From: an uncultured Gemmatimonadales bacterium
GTDB lineage: Bacteria > Gemmatimonadota > Gemmatimonadetes > Gemmatimonadales > GWC2-71-9
Direction of reading: 5' to 3'
Assembly: GCA_963821525.1 (NCBI GenBank)
Contig: CAWGED010000019.1
Span: 652,449-716,448, forward strand
DNA: 64,000 bases
Position numbers and translations under genes: made by a program. Below, piece after piece: positions 30,846 through 41,333 of the stretch. The notes below the pieces were generated by a model. The model saw only the letters and a list, made by a program, of their open reading frames with translations, did no database searches and was not told the DNA's origin. The first letter of the stretch is position 1. Every line of letters starts with the position of its first letter.

Positions 30846-32336
30846 ATGGATTCTCTCGAAGTCTTTCTGTCCCGGGCCAGGCCGGGGATGGTTCCGGTCA
30901 CGCGTGAGGTAGTGCTGGACGGCGACACGCCCGTCTCCGCCTTCGCCAAACTGCACCGGGGTCCCTACGGCTTTTTACTCGAGTCCCTGGAAGGTGGGGA
31001 GAAGTGGGCCCGCTACACCTTTCTCTCGACCAATCCCCGTGAGGTCTACCGCTACCGAGGCCGGACCGCGGAACGCTGGCGCGAAGAAACCGGCTGGCAG
31101 GTGGTCGGGGAGGACGTGGCTCCTCTGGAACACCTTAGCGCCACGATGCGACAACACCCCTCGGTTGAAGTTCCGGGCCTGCCCCGCTTCACCGGAGGCG
31201 CCGTCGGCTTCATCGGCTACGACATCGTCCGGACTCTGGAGCGGCTGCCTAACGCGCCCCGGGACGACCGTTCGCTGCCCGATGCTGTACTGATGGTAGC
31301 GGATACCCTCCTCGTCCTCGACAACCTGTACAACCGCGCCACGGTCATCGCGAACGTCGAGGTCGTGGAGAACATGACGCGGGCCCAATTGGAAAGCCTT
31401 TATCGCGGAGCCGAAGAAAAGATCGGGGAATGGCTGGAGCGACTGGGACAAGCGTCCCCCATCGGGCCGCTTCACCTGCCGCCTGAAGCTCCGGTTCCAA
31501 AGGCGACTTCACCCTACGAAGACGGGAAATTCCAGGACGGAGTCCGGCGGATCCAGGAATACATCACGGCGGGCGACACCTTTCAGACCGTCCTTTCCCG
31601 CCGGCTGGATCTGACGGCGCCGGACCCGATGTTGACCTACCGGTACCTTCGCGCGCTGAATCCCGCGCCCTATCTCTATTTCCTCCATTGCGACGAACTG
31701 CACATCGTGGGCAGCTCGCCCGAGGTTCTGGTTCGGGTGGAGAATGAGGAAGTCACCCTGCGCCCCATCGCCGGCACTCGGCCTCGGGGCGCTACCCCGC
31801 AGGCCGACGCGTTACTCGCCACCGAGCTGGAGGCCGACCCCAAGGAGCGGGCGGAGCACCTCATGCTGGTGGACCTGGGACGCAACGACGTTGGCCGGGT
31901 GGCGCGATACGGCACAGTTCGAATCACGACATTCATGGTGATCGAACGCTACTCCCATGTGATGCACCTGGTGAGCGAGGTGCGCGGCACCCTGCGGGAA
32001 GGGCTCGATGCCCTCGACGCGCTCGCTGCCTGCTTCCCGGCCGGAACGGTTTCTGGAGCACCCAAGGTCCGGGCGATGGAAATCATCGACGAGCTGGAGC
32101 CGGTGAGGCGCGGTCCGTATGCTGGCGCTGTGGGCTACATCGGCTGGGGCGGGAAGAGTCTCGACACCGCGATCGCGATCCGGACCGTGGTGATGAAGGG
32201 GAATCGGGCATGGGTGCAGGCGGGTGCCGGCATAGTGGCCGATTCCGATCCGCAGGGTGAATGGAAGGAGACCGAGGCCAAGGCGCGGGCCGTCCTGGCA
32301 GCCATGGGGCTGGCGGGACTGCGGTGGGAGGAGTAG
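30846..32336 (+). CDS. trpE: anthranilate synthase component I
   Basis: 496 aa. Chorismate-binding family motifs are present (FLLES...; GAVGYIGYD; VADSDP). Confidence 0.9.
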   Translation: MDSLEVFLSRARPGMVPVTREVVLDGDTPVSAFAKLHRGPYGFLLESLEGGEKWARYTFLSTNPREVYRYRGRTAERWREETGWQVVGEDVAPLEHLSATMRQHPSVEVPGLPRFTGGAVGFIGYDIVRTLERLPNAPRDDRSLPDAVLMVADTLLVLDNLYNRATVIANVEVVENMTRAQLESLYRGAEEKIGEWLERLGQASPIGPLHLPPEAPVPKATSPYEDGKFQDGVRRIQEYITAGDTFQTVLSRRLDLTAPDPMLTYRYLRALNPAPYLYFLHCDELHIVGSSPEVLVRVENEEVTLRPIAGTRPRGATPQADALLATELEADPKERAEHLMLVDLGRNDVGRVARYGTVRITTFMVIERYSHVMHLVSEVRGTLREGLDALDALAACFPAGTVSGAPKVRAMEIIDELEPVRRGPYAGAVGYIGWGGKSLDTAIAIRTVVMKGNRAWVQAGAGIVADSDPQGEWKETEAKARAVLAAMGLAGLRWEE

Positions 32337-32344
32337 AAATCCCC

Positions 32345-33946
32345 ATGCCCTTCAAGCTCGTCCCGTTCACCGGCGATCAGGATTTCGACCTCTCCGCCAA
32401 GAACGCATATATCGTCGGGCGGGCGGTGACGAGCGACATTCCGATTTTCGATCCTACGATCTCCCGCCGCCACGCCGAGCTGGTCCCCAACACGACCGGC
32501 GTCACGGTGAAGGACCTCGGCAGCTCGAACGGCACATTTATCAATGGCACGCGGGTCACCGAGGGGACGCTCGCCGCGAATGATTCGGTGACCTTCGGCA
32601 AAGTCGTCTTCCAGCTCAAGTCTCTCGAGGTCACACCGCTTCGTCCGCCGGCCAACCAGGCCCCGGCTCCCAACCAGACGATCGTTCGCCAGGTCTCGGT
32701 GAGCGGAGGGATGCCGGCGGTGATGTCGCCCTCGGCATCGGGAAGCCCGAGCGGTGTGGGACAACTGAAGGTGGCGGGAGTCTCGACCCAGGAGCGGCAA
32801 GCCAAGAAGCTCTCGCTGCTCCTGGAAGTGGCTCAGAAGCTCTCGGGCGAGCTGGACCTCGACAAGGTGTTGGGCCGGGTCGTGACCACGACGTTCGATG
32901 TGATGAACGTGGACCGGGTCTCGGTGCTGCTGCGCAACGACGGTACCGGGGAACTCATTCCCCGAATGTCGAAGAGCCGCCTGGGCGATGCCTCGGCCCA
33001 GCACGTGCCCCGGTCGATCGCGCGCAAGGCGGTCGAGGAGCGGGTCGCGATTCTGTCCGACAACGCGGCAGCGGATGACCGGTTCAAGGGCGGTCAGTCC
33101 ATCATGATCCAGAGCGTCCGCAGCGCCATGTGCATTCCGCTCATGGCCTCGGCGGAGCAGGTGCTGGGCATCCTTTACGTGGACAACCTCACCGCGACGA
33201 ATTCGTTCAGTGACGAGGACCTGCAATTCCTGATCGCATTCGGAGGCCTCGCCGCGATCGCGATCAAGACCAGCCGCTTCGCCGAACAGATCCAGCGCGA
33301 AGCGATGGTCCGCTCCAACTTCGAGCGCTACTTCGCGCCCAACGTCGCCGCGGAGATCGCTCAGCAGCAGGGTGCCGTCAAGCTGGGCGGCGACAGGCGC
33401 CCGGTCACGATTCTGTTCAGCGACATCCGGGGCTTCACCAGCATGTCGGAACACATGAGCCCGGATGCGATCGCCGGGCTGCTCACCGACTACTTCACCG
33501 AGATGGTGGAGGTGGTCTTCAGCCACGGCGGGACGCTGGACAAATTCATCGGCGATGCAATCATGGCCCTCTGGGGTGCACCGATTCCCCACGCCGATGA
33601 CCCTGACCGCGCGGTAGCGGCGGCGATCGGGATGCAGCGCGCGCTGGTCGCGCTCAACGAGAAGTGGAAAGAGGAAGGAAAGCCAGAAATCGGCGTGGGG
33701 ATCGGCATCAACTATGGCGACACCTTCGCCGGCAACATCGGCAGCCACCTGCGGCTCGAATACACCGTGATCGGAGACGCCGTCAACGTCGCCTCACGGC
33801 TCTGCTCCAAGTCCTCGAAGGGAGAAATCCTGATCAGCGACCCGCTGTACCAGATGCTGAAGGCCAAGCCGGCCGTGGAACCGCTCGAACCCCTCGCGGT
33901 GAAGAACCGGGGGGCGCCGGTGCCGGTGTGGAAGGTGAAGATTTAG
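32345..33946 (+). CDS. FHA-GAF-class III adenylate/guanylate cyclase
   Basis: FHA signature: GRAVTSDIPIFDPTISRRHAEL...GSSNGTFINGTRV. Central GAF domain. Cyclase motifs ILFSDIRGFTSMSE, GDAIMALWGAP and YTVIGDAVNVASRL. Confidence 0.88.
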   Translation: MPFKLVPFTGDQDFDLSAKNAYIVGRAVTSDIPIFDPTISRRHAELVPNTTGVTVKDLGSSNGTFINGTRVTEGTLAANDSVTFGKVVFQLKSLEVTPLRPPANQAPAPNQTIVRQVSVSGGMPAVMSPSASGSPSGVGQLKVAGVSTQERQAKKLSLLLEVAQKLSGELDLDKVLGRVVTTTFDVMNVDRVSVLLRNDGTGELIPRMSKSRLGDASAQHVPRSIARKAVEERVAILSDNAAADDRFKGGQSIMIQSVRSAMCIPLMASAEQVLGILYVDNLTATNSFSDEDLQFLIAFGGLAAIAIKTSRFAEQIQREAMVRSNFERYFAPNVAAEIAQQQGAVKLGGDRRPVTILFSDIRGFTSMSEHMSPDAIAGLLTDYFTEMVEVVFSHGGTLDKFIGDAIMALWGAPIPHADDPDRAVAAAIGMQRALVALNEKWKEEGKPEIGVGIGINYGDTFAGNIGSHLRLEYTVIGDAVNVASRLCSKSSKGEILISDPLYQMLKAKPAVEPLEPLAVKNRGAPVPVWKVKI

Positions 33947-33948
33947 TC

Positions 33949-34083
33949 GATTGAAGATTGAGGATTTCAGATTGAAGATTGGGAACTGCAATTTCAGATG
34001 GAAGATTTCAGATTGAAGATTTGAAGCCGATGCTCAAAACTGCAGTTCAAATCTGAAATCTGACATCTTAAATCTGAAATCTG
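33949..34083. repeat. heptamer-arm junction element E8 (GATTGAA type)
   Basis: The left arm is eleven heptamers starting GATTGAA GATTGAG GATTTCA GATTGAA (33949-34026). The right arm is TTCAAAT CTGAAAT CTGACAT CTTAAAT CTGAAAT (34040-34083). It lies between convergent genes and overlaps the maf C-terminus. Confidence 0.88.
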
Positions 34084-34637
34084 TACCCAACCCCAGCCTC
34101 ACCCAACAGCTTCAGCACCAGTCGCACCGGCAACCCCATCACACCGAAAAAATCGCCATCGATCCGCTCGACCAGCGCGGCGCCGTAGCCCTGGATGCCG
34201 TAGGCGCCGGCTTTGTCCATCGGTTCTCCGGTGGCGATGTACGCTCGGAGAAAGTCGTCGTTGCACGGAGAAAAGGTTACCGAGGTGATGTCGGTGGCCT
34301 GGCGAAGGGTCCCGTTCGAAACCAGGGCCACTGACGTGATCACCTGATGGGTCTGGCCCTGCAGCTTCCGGAGCATTGCAAGAGCCTCGTCGGAGTCCGC
34401 CGGCTTCTCCAGCAGATCATCACCCAGCAGTACGATGGTGTCGGCACCGAGGACCAGGTCCCCCTTCACGCTGCGAGCCTTGTCCCGCGCCAGGCGTTCC
34501 GCATACTCCACCGGCGTTTCCCCCGCCGCTCGCTGCTCTTCGATGTGCGACGGCCGGACCTCGACCGGAATGCCGAGCATCTCGAGCAGCTGACGGCGCC
34601 GGGGAGAGGCGGAGGCGAGGATGAGGGGGTGGGGCAT
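34068..34637 (-). CDS. maf: Maf-like nucleoside triphosphate pyrophosphatase
   Basis: The ATG at 34637 gives MPHPLILASASPRRRQLLEMLGI, the Maf signature. ...AGAYGIQG is also present. Confidence 0.9.
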   Translation of the reverse strand: MPHPLILASASPRRRQLLEMLGIPVEVRPSHIEEQRAAGETPVEYAERLARDKARSVKGDLVLGADTIVLLGDDLLEKPADSDEALAMLRKLQGQTHQVITSVALVSNGTLRQATDITSVTFSPCNDDFLRAYIATGEPMDKAGAYGIQGYGAALVERIDGDFFGVMGLPVRLVLKLLGEAGVGYRFQI

Positions 34638-34643
34638 GAGGAA

Positions 34644-34737
34644 GGGATAGAGGGAGTAGGGATTGGGGAGTAGGGAGTAGGGCGAACCGATTGGGCGGAG
34701 GAAGTGGCCCACTCCCCACCCCCTACTCCCTACAACC
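34644..34737. repeat. heptamer-arm junction element E9 (GGGAGTA type)
   Basis: Left arm GGGATAGAGGGAGTAGGGATTGGGGAGTAGGGAGTAGGGCG. Right arm CCCACTCCCCACCCCCTACTCCCTACAACC, ending 2 nt before the dtd stop. Confidence 0.85.
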
Positions 34738-34739
34738 GG

Positions 34740-35183
34740 TCAGGGTGTCCGCTCCAGCACCAACGTCACCGGCCCGTCATTATGTATCTCGACCTGCATC
34801 ATCGCCCCAAACTCTCCGGTCTCTACCTTGAGTCCCTTGGCGCGCAGGGCGGCGACGAAGCGTTCGTAGAGTGGGATCGCGACTTCGGGCCGCGCGGCAT
34901 CGATGAATGACGGTCGGCGGCCCTTCGCGGCGTCGCCGTAGAGCGTGAACTGGGAGATCACCAGGATCGCCCCGCCCACCTCGTCCAGACCGAGGTTCAT
35001 CTTGTCCTGGGCATCGCTGAATAGCCGAAGGCTCGCGACCTTCTCGGCCATCCAGTCCACCTCGGCCGGGGTGTCGGAATGGGTGAATCCCACGAGGAGG
35101 CAGAACCCGCGGTCGATCGCGCCAGCAATCCGGCCCTCGATCGTGACCGATGCGCGAGTAACGCGCTGCAGGACGACGCGCAC
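34740..35183 (-). CDS. dtd: D-aminoacyl-tRNA deacylase
   Basis: [17 protein letters not shown]...SQFTLYGD...GRRPSF is the Dtd family pattern. Confidence 0.9.
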   Translation of the reverse strand: MRVVLQRVTRASVTIEGRIAGAIDRGFCLLVGFTHSDTPAEVDWMAEKVASLRLFSDAQDKMNLGLDEVGGAILVISQFTLYGDAAKGRRPSFIDAARPEVAIPLYERFVAALRAKGLKVETGEFGAMMQVEIHNDGPVTLVLERTP

Positions 35184-35331
35184 CTGGGATCTCCGCTGTA
35201 GGCTGGGACTCGGATGGCTGAGAGTCGGCTTATTCTAATGTGCCAGGCGACTCGGCGGAGGAGGCCGGCGCCCGGCTCGCGACCCGGGGAGCCCCTCCGG
35301 CATCTCTCCCAGAACCGCAACTCAGGGATCC

Positions 35332-36624
35332 ATGACCGTCCGCCGCCGCCGTAACCGACTCGGGCTCTTCATCGCCTGCCTTTCACTCCAGGCAGCGATG
35401 GGTGCTGCTCAGGGGAGTCCACGCGATACCGCGCTCACCCGGCAGTACCTCCATGAGGCCGACAGCATCGCGGACGGAGACGCGGGACTGCTCTGGGGCC
35501 TTTCCCTCGCCGGACCGATGATGCTGGTGGATCGGGACACCCGCGCCATCATCGCCAACGTTGCCGATGGTGAAGGGCGATTGAAGCAGGCGGGATCGGT
35601 GTTCGTGGGAACTCTGCCCGCGGACCAGAACGTGAGCAACACCGGCTTCAACTGGGCCGGCCGGCGATGGACCATGGTGGCGCTGCCGGTGCCCCAGGAC
35701 CCGGTATCTCGTGCGGCACTCATGATGCACGAGCGCTGGCACCGGATCCAGGACAGCCTCGGCTTTCCCGCCTCGAGCCCAACCAACGACCATCTCGATA
35801 CTCGGGATGGCCGGCTCTGGCTGCGACTCGAAGGCCGCGCGCTACAGCGAGCCATGGTTACGAAAGGCGAGAAGCGCCGCACAGCGGCAAGCGACGCGGT
35901 GCTCTTCCGGCGCTATCGCCGTCAGCTGATCTCCGGCGCCGACAGCAGCGAGCGAGCACTCGAGATGAACGAGGGGCTGGCCGAGTATACCGGTTTGACG
36001 TTGGCCGGTTTCAGCGATTCCGCGATCGCGAGGCAGGTGGCGACGCTCGATACCGCGTCGAGCCTGGGCCGCTCGTTCGCCTATTACACCGGACCCGCTT
36101 ACGGACGACTGCTCGACGTGCTGGGGATGGTCTGGCGCCCTTCACTGAATCCGGCTCAGGATCTCGCGGCTCTGCTGGCAACCGCCCTCTTACCCACACC
36201 GATTCCGAATCTGACCGATGCGGTCCAACGGGCCGGAGCCTATGGCTATGAACAGGTAAGGCAGCAGGAAGAGGCCCGAGCCATCGCACGAATCGCCCGT
36301 CAGGCCGAGCTGCGACAACGCTTCGTCAGCGGACCGGTGCTGCGCCTGCCGCTCCGCGACATGCGAGTCGGATTCGACCCCAACCGGGTCGAGCCGCTTG
36401 ATTCGGTGGGACCGGTATATGCGGCTCTGCGGATCGTGGACAGCTGGGGTGTTTTGGACGTGACCGACGGCGGTGGACTGATCCGTGACTGGCAGGAGGC
36501 GATCGTCCCGGCCCCGGAGATTACCAAGGGCAAGATCTCAGGACCGGGCTGGACGCTCGATCTCGCCAAGGGGTGGATTCTGGTTCCCGGGACGCGTCAG
36601 GGAGACTACACCGTAAGTCACTGA
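35332..36624 (+). CDS. putative secreted zinc metallopeptidase (HExxH...E)
   Basis: Signal-like N-terminus. HERWH at MMHERWHRIQD, and a downstream EMNEGLAEY glutamate. The family is not identified. Confidence 0.5.
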   Translation: MTVRRRRNRLGLFIACLSLQAAMGAAQGSPRDTALTRQYLHEADSIADGDAGLLWGLSLAGPMMLVDRDTRAIIANVADGEGRLKQAGSVFVGTLPADQNVSNTGFNWAGRRWTMVALPVPQDPVSRAALMMHERWHRIQDSLGFPASSPTNDHLDTRDGRLWLRLEGRALQRAMVTKGEKRRTAASDAVLFRRYRRQLISGADSSERALEMNEGLAEYTGLTLAGFSDSAIARQVATLDTASSLGRSFAYYTGPAYGRLLDVLGMVWRPSLNPAQDLAALLATALLPTPIPNLTDAVQRAGAYGYEQVRQQEEARAIARIARQAELRQRFVSGPVLRLPLRDMRVGFDPNRVEPLDSVGPVYAALRIVDSWGVLDVTDGGGLIRDWQEAIVPAPEITKGKISGPGWTLDLAKGWILVPGTRQGDYTVSH

Positions 36625-36672
36625 TCCTGCTCAAGCCGCCAGCCAAGCTGCGAGGGTGGTAGACTTAGGTGT

Positions 36673-37541
36673 ATGCCGTTGCGTCCCTTCCCCGGCACTC
36701 GGTGGATTCACCAGCGCCGGCGCGGTAGTCGTTCGCCCCACCGGCCCGACCCTCCACCTGGTCCAATGATCGGCTGACCACCGCCTGGCTCGGCCACGCG
36801 ACGGTCCTTCTCAACCTGTTTGGACGCTGGATCCTCACCGACCCAGCCCTGCGCCGGCGGGTCGGCGTGCATTTTGGTTTGGGCACCATCGGACCTCGCC
36901 GGCTCATTCCCGCCGCTCTACGCCCCAGAGATATCCCTTCGCTGGATCTGCTGTTGATCTCTCATGCCCACATGGATCATCTCGACTACGGGACGCTGCG
37001 CTACTTGCCCAGGCGAACGCCGGTCGTCACCAGCCGCGGCAACGCCGACCTTCTGGGCCGGTTCACGCAGGTCGAGGAGCTGTCGTGGGGCGAAGAGGTG
37101 GAAGTCTCTGGCATCGGCGTGCGCGCGATTCCTGCCCGGCATTGGGGTGCCAGGGTGATGACCGCCAGGGTGATGACCGATCGCCATCGCGGCTACGGCG
37201 GATTTCTGCTGGAGTACCAAGGCATGCGAGTCGTGTTCGCGGGAGACACCGCGTACACCGACCGTTATCGCGAGATCGGCGCCGAGGCTCCAGTGGATCT
37301 GGCCATCGTCCCGATTGGCGCCTACGACCCGTGGATCGACAATCACGCGAGCCCGGAGCAGGCGTGGGCAATGACCCGAGATCTGCGGGCGCGGTATGTC
37401 ATGCCGGTGCACCACTCCACGTTCCGCTTGAGCCGTGAACCCCCTGATGAGCCGATCCGCCGCTTCCTCGCCGCGGCGGGACCGGAGCGCGACAGGATCG
37501 TCGCCACAGAGGTCGGCGCGACCTGGAGCCTCCCCACGTGA
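36673..37541 (+). pseudogene. MBL-fold metallo-hydrolase (NAPE-PLD-like pattern), N-terminus frame-disrupted near 36726
   Basis: WLGHATVLLNLFGRWILTDP and LLISHAHMDHLD are in frame 0. That frame has a stop at 36726-36728 and no canonical start before 36867. The ATG at 36673 is in frame 1. Confidence 0.65.
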
Positions 37542-39344
37542 AACTGCATGTCACTCGCAAACAGGTCGGCTGGTTTGGCGTTATCACGTTCCTGCTCACC
37601 GTCATCGCGATCTATGGCGGGGCCTGGCTGCTGGAGCGCGCGCTCATGCTGCCAGTCAATGCCTACATCAGAGACCGCACGCTCGCCTTTCTCCAGGAGA
37701 AGAACGTAGAAGGTCTGGTCATCACCTTCCCCAAACTCGACCTGAGCCTGGTCCGCCGACGGCTGGTCATCAACGATCTCAAGATCCGCTACGACAACAA
37801 GGACAGCACCCGCTACGAGCGCTTCCAGGCCACGGTACCGCGAATCACGCTGACGGGCGTCGACCTCGGAGACGTGATCTGGCACCGGCATCTCCGGCTC
37901 GACGCCGTGCGGCTCTCCAGTCCGGTCCTGAGTCGGCTTCGCGAATCGATCGATAGCGGCGCCAAGCCGCCGATCCCTGCCTCGGCGGCTGATGAAAATG
38001 AGGTAGTACCCGACTCACTCGCGGCCCAGATTCCGGCCCTCGACAGCGTGGTCTTTAACCTGGTCTCCAGCTGGCTGCCGGACGACTTTCGCAACGCCCG
38101 CATCGAGCTGATAGCGGTGGACGACGCCACGATCGTTTCTACGGCCCGAGAAGGGAGCAAGGCTTCCCGCGATTCGACCTCGCAGCCTGGCGCTCCGGAT
38201 CCGAGGCATTCAGCTGGACAGTACGGAGCGGCGAGTGTTCGAATCGGCCCGACTCTCTGCCGCTTCGCTTTTTCACCTCACCAGCGGCCTGCGCGGCTCG
38301 CTCCGCATTGACAGCCTGATCCTTCAGCTGGATCCCAACGACACCACCGTCGAGTTCACCTCGCTCCGCACCTTCCCCGCCGATAGCGGGCACTCACTTT
38401 ACCTCGGCGGCTTCAAGCGGGGGCATCACGGACGGACCTTCTCGCTTGATACCATCGCCTACGAGCCGCTCAAGACCGATTCGGCGTTCTTTGCCCACGG
38501 CCCCAGCCGGCGGACCAGGGTCCGGTTGTCCTTGAAGGGCATGAAAGGCAGCGGAGTCGAGGCGGCCGCATTGCCCCGGGGGCAGGCGGTGGTGCAGCGG
38601 GTCGGGATCGATTCGCTCCGAATCGATGCCATAGTCGATACCCGGACCGACCCGCACCCAAGGCCACGCCAGTTGTGGCCCCAGGTCCTGGCCCAGGCTT
38701 CCTGGCGCCTCGGGATCGACACCGTACAGTTGGAGCACGGTTACATCCACTACGGCGAGCTCAAGGCCAACCGCCCGGAGCCGGCGGTGGTGTGGTTCTC
38801 GAACATTTCGGCCACCATCACAGGACTGGGCAACCATCCCGACAGCACCCGGATTTCTACTCCGGCCGTGATGCTGGCCAAGGGACAGTTCATGGGTCAG
38901 GGATCGCTCGAGGCCCGGCTCGAGGTCCCAATCGTTCCGGATCATTTCGCCATGAGGGCCGAGGGCAAAGCGGCGGATCTCCGTGCGGAGGTGTTGAACC
39001 GGTTTCTTCTTACCGCGATGGGGGTGCGGGTGACCAGCGGCCGAGCTCACCGGGCGACCTTTGCCTTTCGGGTGGCTAACGGTAAAGCGACCGGAGATAT
39101 GACTCTGATCTACGACAGCCTGGCCGTCCAAATCGTGGATCGGACCACACGGAAGAAAGGGCTGGACGAGAAGCTGAAGACCTTCTTCGCCAACAAGTTT
39201 ATGATGCGCAGCAGCAACATGCCGGACGACAAGGGCAAGCTCGACCCTGCACCGATTTCCTACCGATACAAATTGGGGGAGACCTTCTGGGGCGGGATCT
39301 GGCGGTCCTTGAGGAGCGGCCTAACCAAGACGATCAAGAAGTAG
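37538..39344 (+). pseudogene. membrane-anchored large protein, paralogue 1 (AsmA/DUF748-like architecture), frame break near 38183-38190
   Basis: The GTG start overlaps the MBL stop (GTGA). N-terminal TM helix. The two ORF pieces (37538..38311 and 38235..39344) join as ...SRDSTS / LALRIRGIQLDSTERRVFE by comparison with paralogue 2. Confidence 0.65.
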
Positions 39345-39375
39345 TTAATTCCCGCTCTGCCTGGAGCCGCATCCA

Positions 39376-41175
39376 ATGAGCCGTAAAGCCAAAATTTGGC
39401 TGTTGGTACTACTCGTCTTCGTGGTGACCATCTCAGTCGCCTTGTGGATACTGCCAACCAAGTTCGAGGCCGCGCTTCGCGCCACGGTCAACGACTATCT
39501 CCGCGAGAAGACCCTCGCGATGCTCGACGAAACCGATGTCGCCGGGCTGAATGTGGAGTTCGGGTCGCTGGACCTGAGTTTTGCCCAGCGCCATCTGATC
39601 ATCAACGACATCCGCATCAGGTACGACCATCGCGACTCCACCAAATACGTGCGGTTCACGGCCGAAACGCCGCGGGTGGCCCTCATGGGGCTGGACCTCC
39701 TCGACATCATCAAGCACCAAAGTTTTCGGTTGAGCCGAGGTGCGCATCGACCGCCCGGTGCTGAGTCAACTTCAGGAACTGAGCGGAAAACCCAAGAAGC
39801 CTGAGAAGCAACCTCGTGCCGTCGCGGTAACCGAAGAAGACACGCTTCCGATGGCGCCCCGGTCGAGCTGGATACCCTGCTCTACCATGCGGTGGCTGCC
39901 TGGCTTCCCGATGAAATACGCCAGGGGCGCATCGATCTCATCGCCCTCAATCACGGCAGCGTCCTGTCGGTTACCAAACGGGGCAAGGATGTCACCCGGG
40001 ACTCGCTCGGCAACATTGATCTGAAACTTCGAGGTCTGGGGCTCGACAGTCTCAAGCAGAAGGTCTTCGAGGGGATCTCCGTCGACCTGCAAATGGCGCT
40101 TCACGTGTCCGGACAAGCCGATTCGGTCCAGATAGACACGGTTGCGATGCGGCTCGATCCCAAGGATACGGTGCTTACCGTGCGAAGGGCTCGATCCACC
40201 CCGTCGAACCCCGAGAAGTCGGCCCTTTTCCTGGAAGGACTCAAACGCTCCAGCCGTGAGGGGCAGCTCAAGCTTGATACCTTGACGTTCGGCCCTCGTG
40301 CCAGTGATCAGAAATGGCTCGCGCGAGCCACCAAGCGGCGAAGTCGAATCCGGTTCAACCTGGGACAGCTCACGATCGACGGTACGCTGCTCCGTCGGGT
40401 CTTGGGTGAGCGGGTCGAGCTTCGTCGGATTGGCGTGGGAAGCATGACCCTCGACGTGCTTGCCGACCGGCGGGCCGAGAAAAACCCTCCGAAGCCGCGC
40501 ACGATGTGGTCCCAGCGTCTGGCCGACCTGGATTGGGCGGTGCGAGTCGACACCATCTCCCTGAAAAAGGGCACCATACGCTACGGGGAGATCAACGCGG
40601 GGCGTCCCGAGGTGGCACTGCTTTACTTCTCCGATGTCAACGCCATGGTGACCAATCTCGGCAACAAGGAAGGCTACGGCGGAAAGACCGCCCCCGTTGC
40701 CAAGATTGACGCTACTGCCAAGCTGATGGGCAAGGGTGCCGTCAAAGCCCACATGGAGATACCCCAGACACCCGGCACTCACGTCTCCAGCGTCTCGGGG
40801 AGCCTTGGCACGTTCCAGGGTCCGGAGCTCAACTCGATGCTGCTCTATGCAGCGGGAGTGAAACTCAAGAGCGGGCGGATGGACTCCGTCAGCTTCAATT
40901 TCAAGGTGGCGAACGGATTGTCTGCCGGCAGCTTCTCCTCGACCTTCGACAGCCTGAGTCTCGAAATAGTGAACCGGGTGAGCCAGAAGCGCGGGCTCAA
41001 GGAAAAGCTGATGGGCAAGGCGGCGAACGCCCTGGTGCGGAACTCGAACCGTCCCGGCGAGAAGAGCTACCGGCCCGAGGTCCCGATCAAGTACGAGCTC
41101 AAGAACAGCGACAGCTTCTTCGGGATGGTATGGCAGTCGCTGAAGTCCGGGTTGCTGAAGATGATGAAGGACTAG
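39376..41175 (+). pseudogene. membrane-anchored large protein, paralogue 2, two compensating frame breaks near 39735 and 39857-39861
   Basis: Aligns with paralogue 1 (LDLSxxxRxLxINDxxIRYDxxDSTxYxRF; C-terminal F(W/F)GxxWxSLxSGL). The segment 39740-39860 reads correctly only in frame 2 (EVRIDRPVLSQLQEL...). Confidence 0.65.
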
Positions 41176-41179
41176 AAAG

Positions 41180-41333
41180 CAGCCGTCAGCCATCAGCCGT
41201 CAGACAGCCAGCTGTTAGCTATTAGCTGTCATAGAGGCCGCAATGAGAGACCCTCCGACGGGTTGCGTCGGAGGGTCTCGTTATTGGCTGATCGCCAACA
41301 GCTAATAGCTGACGGCTCTGACGGCTGACGGCC
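41180..41333. repeat. heptamer-arm junction element E10 (CAGCCGT / TTAGCTN type) with central GC hairpin
   Basis: Left arm CAGCCGT CAGCCAT CAGCCGT CAGACAG ... TTAGCTA TTAGCTG. The right arm mirror is CAGCTAATAGCTGACGGCTCTGACGGCTGACGGCC. It lies between convergent genes. Confidence 0.85.
41247..41279. terminator. perfect 13-bp GC-rich hairpin, candidate bidirectional terminator
   Basis: GAGACCCTCCGAC-gggttgc-GTCGGAGGGTCTC. Only weak T tracts flank it (GTTATT on +, TCATTG on -). Confidence 0.5.
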
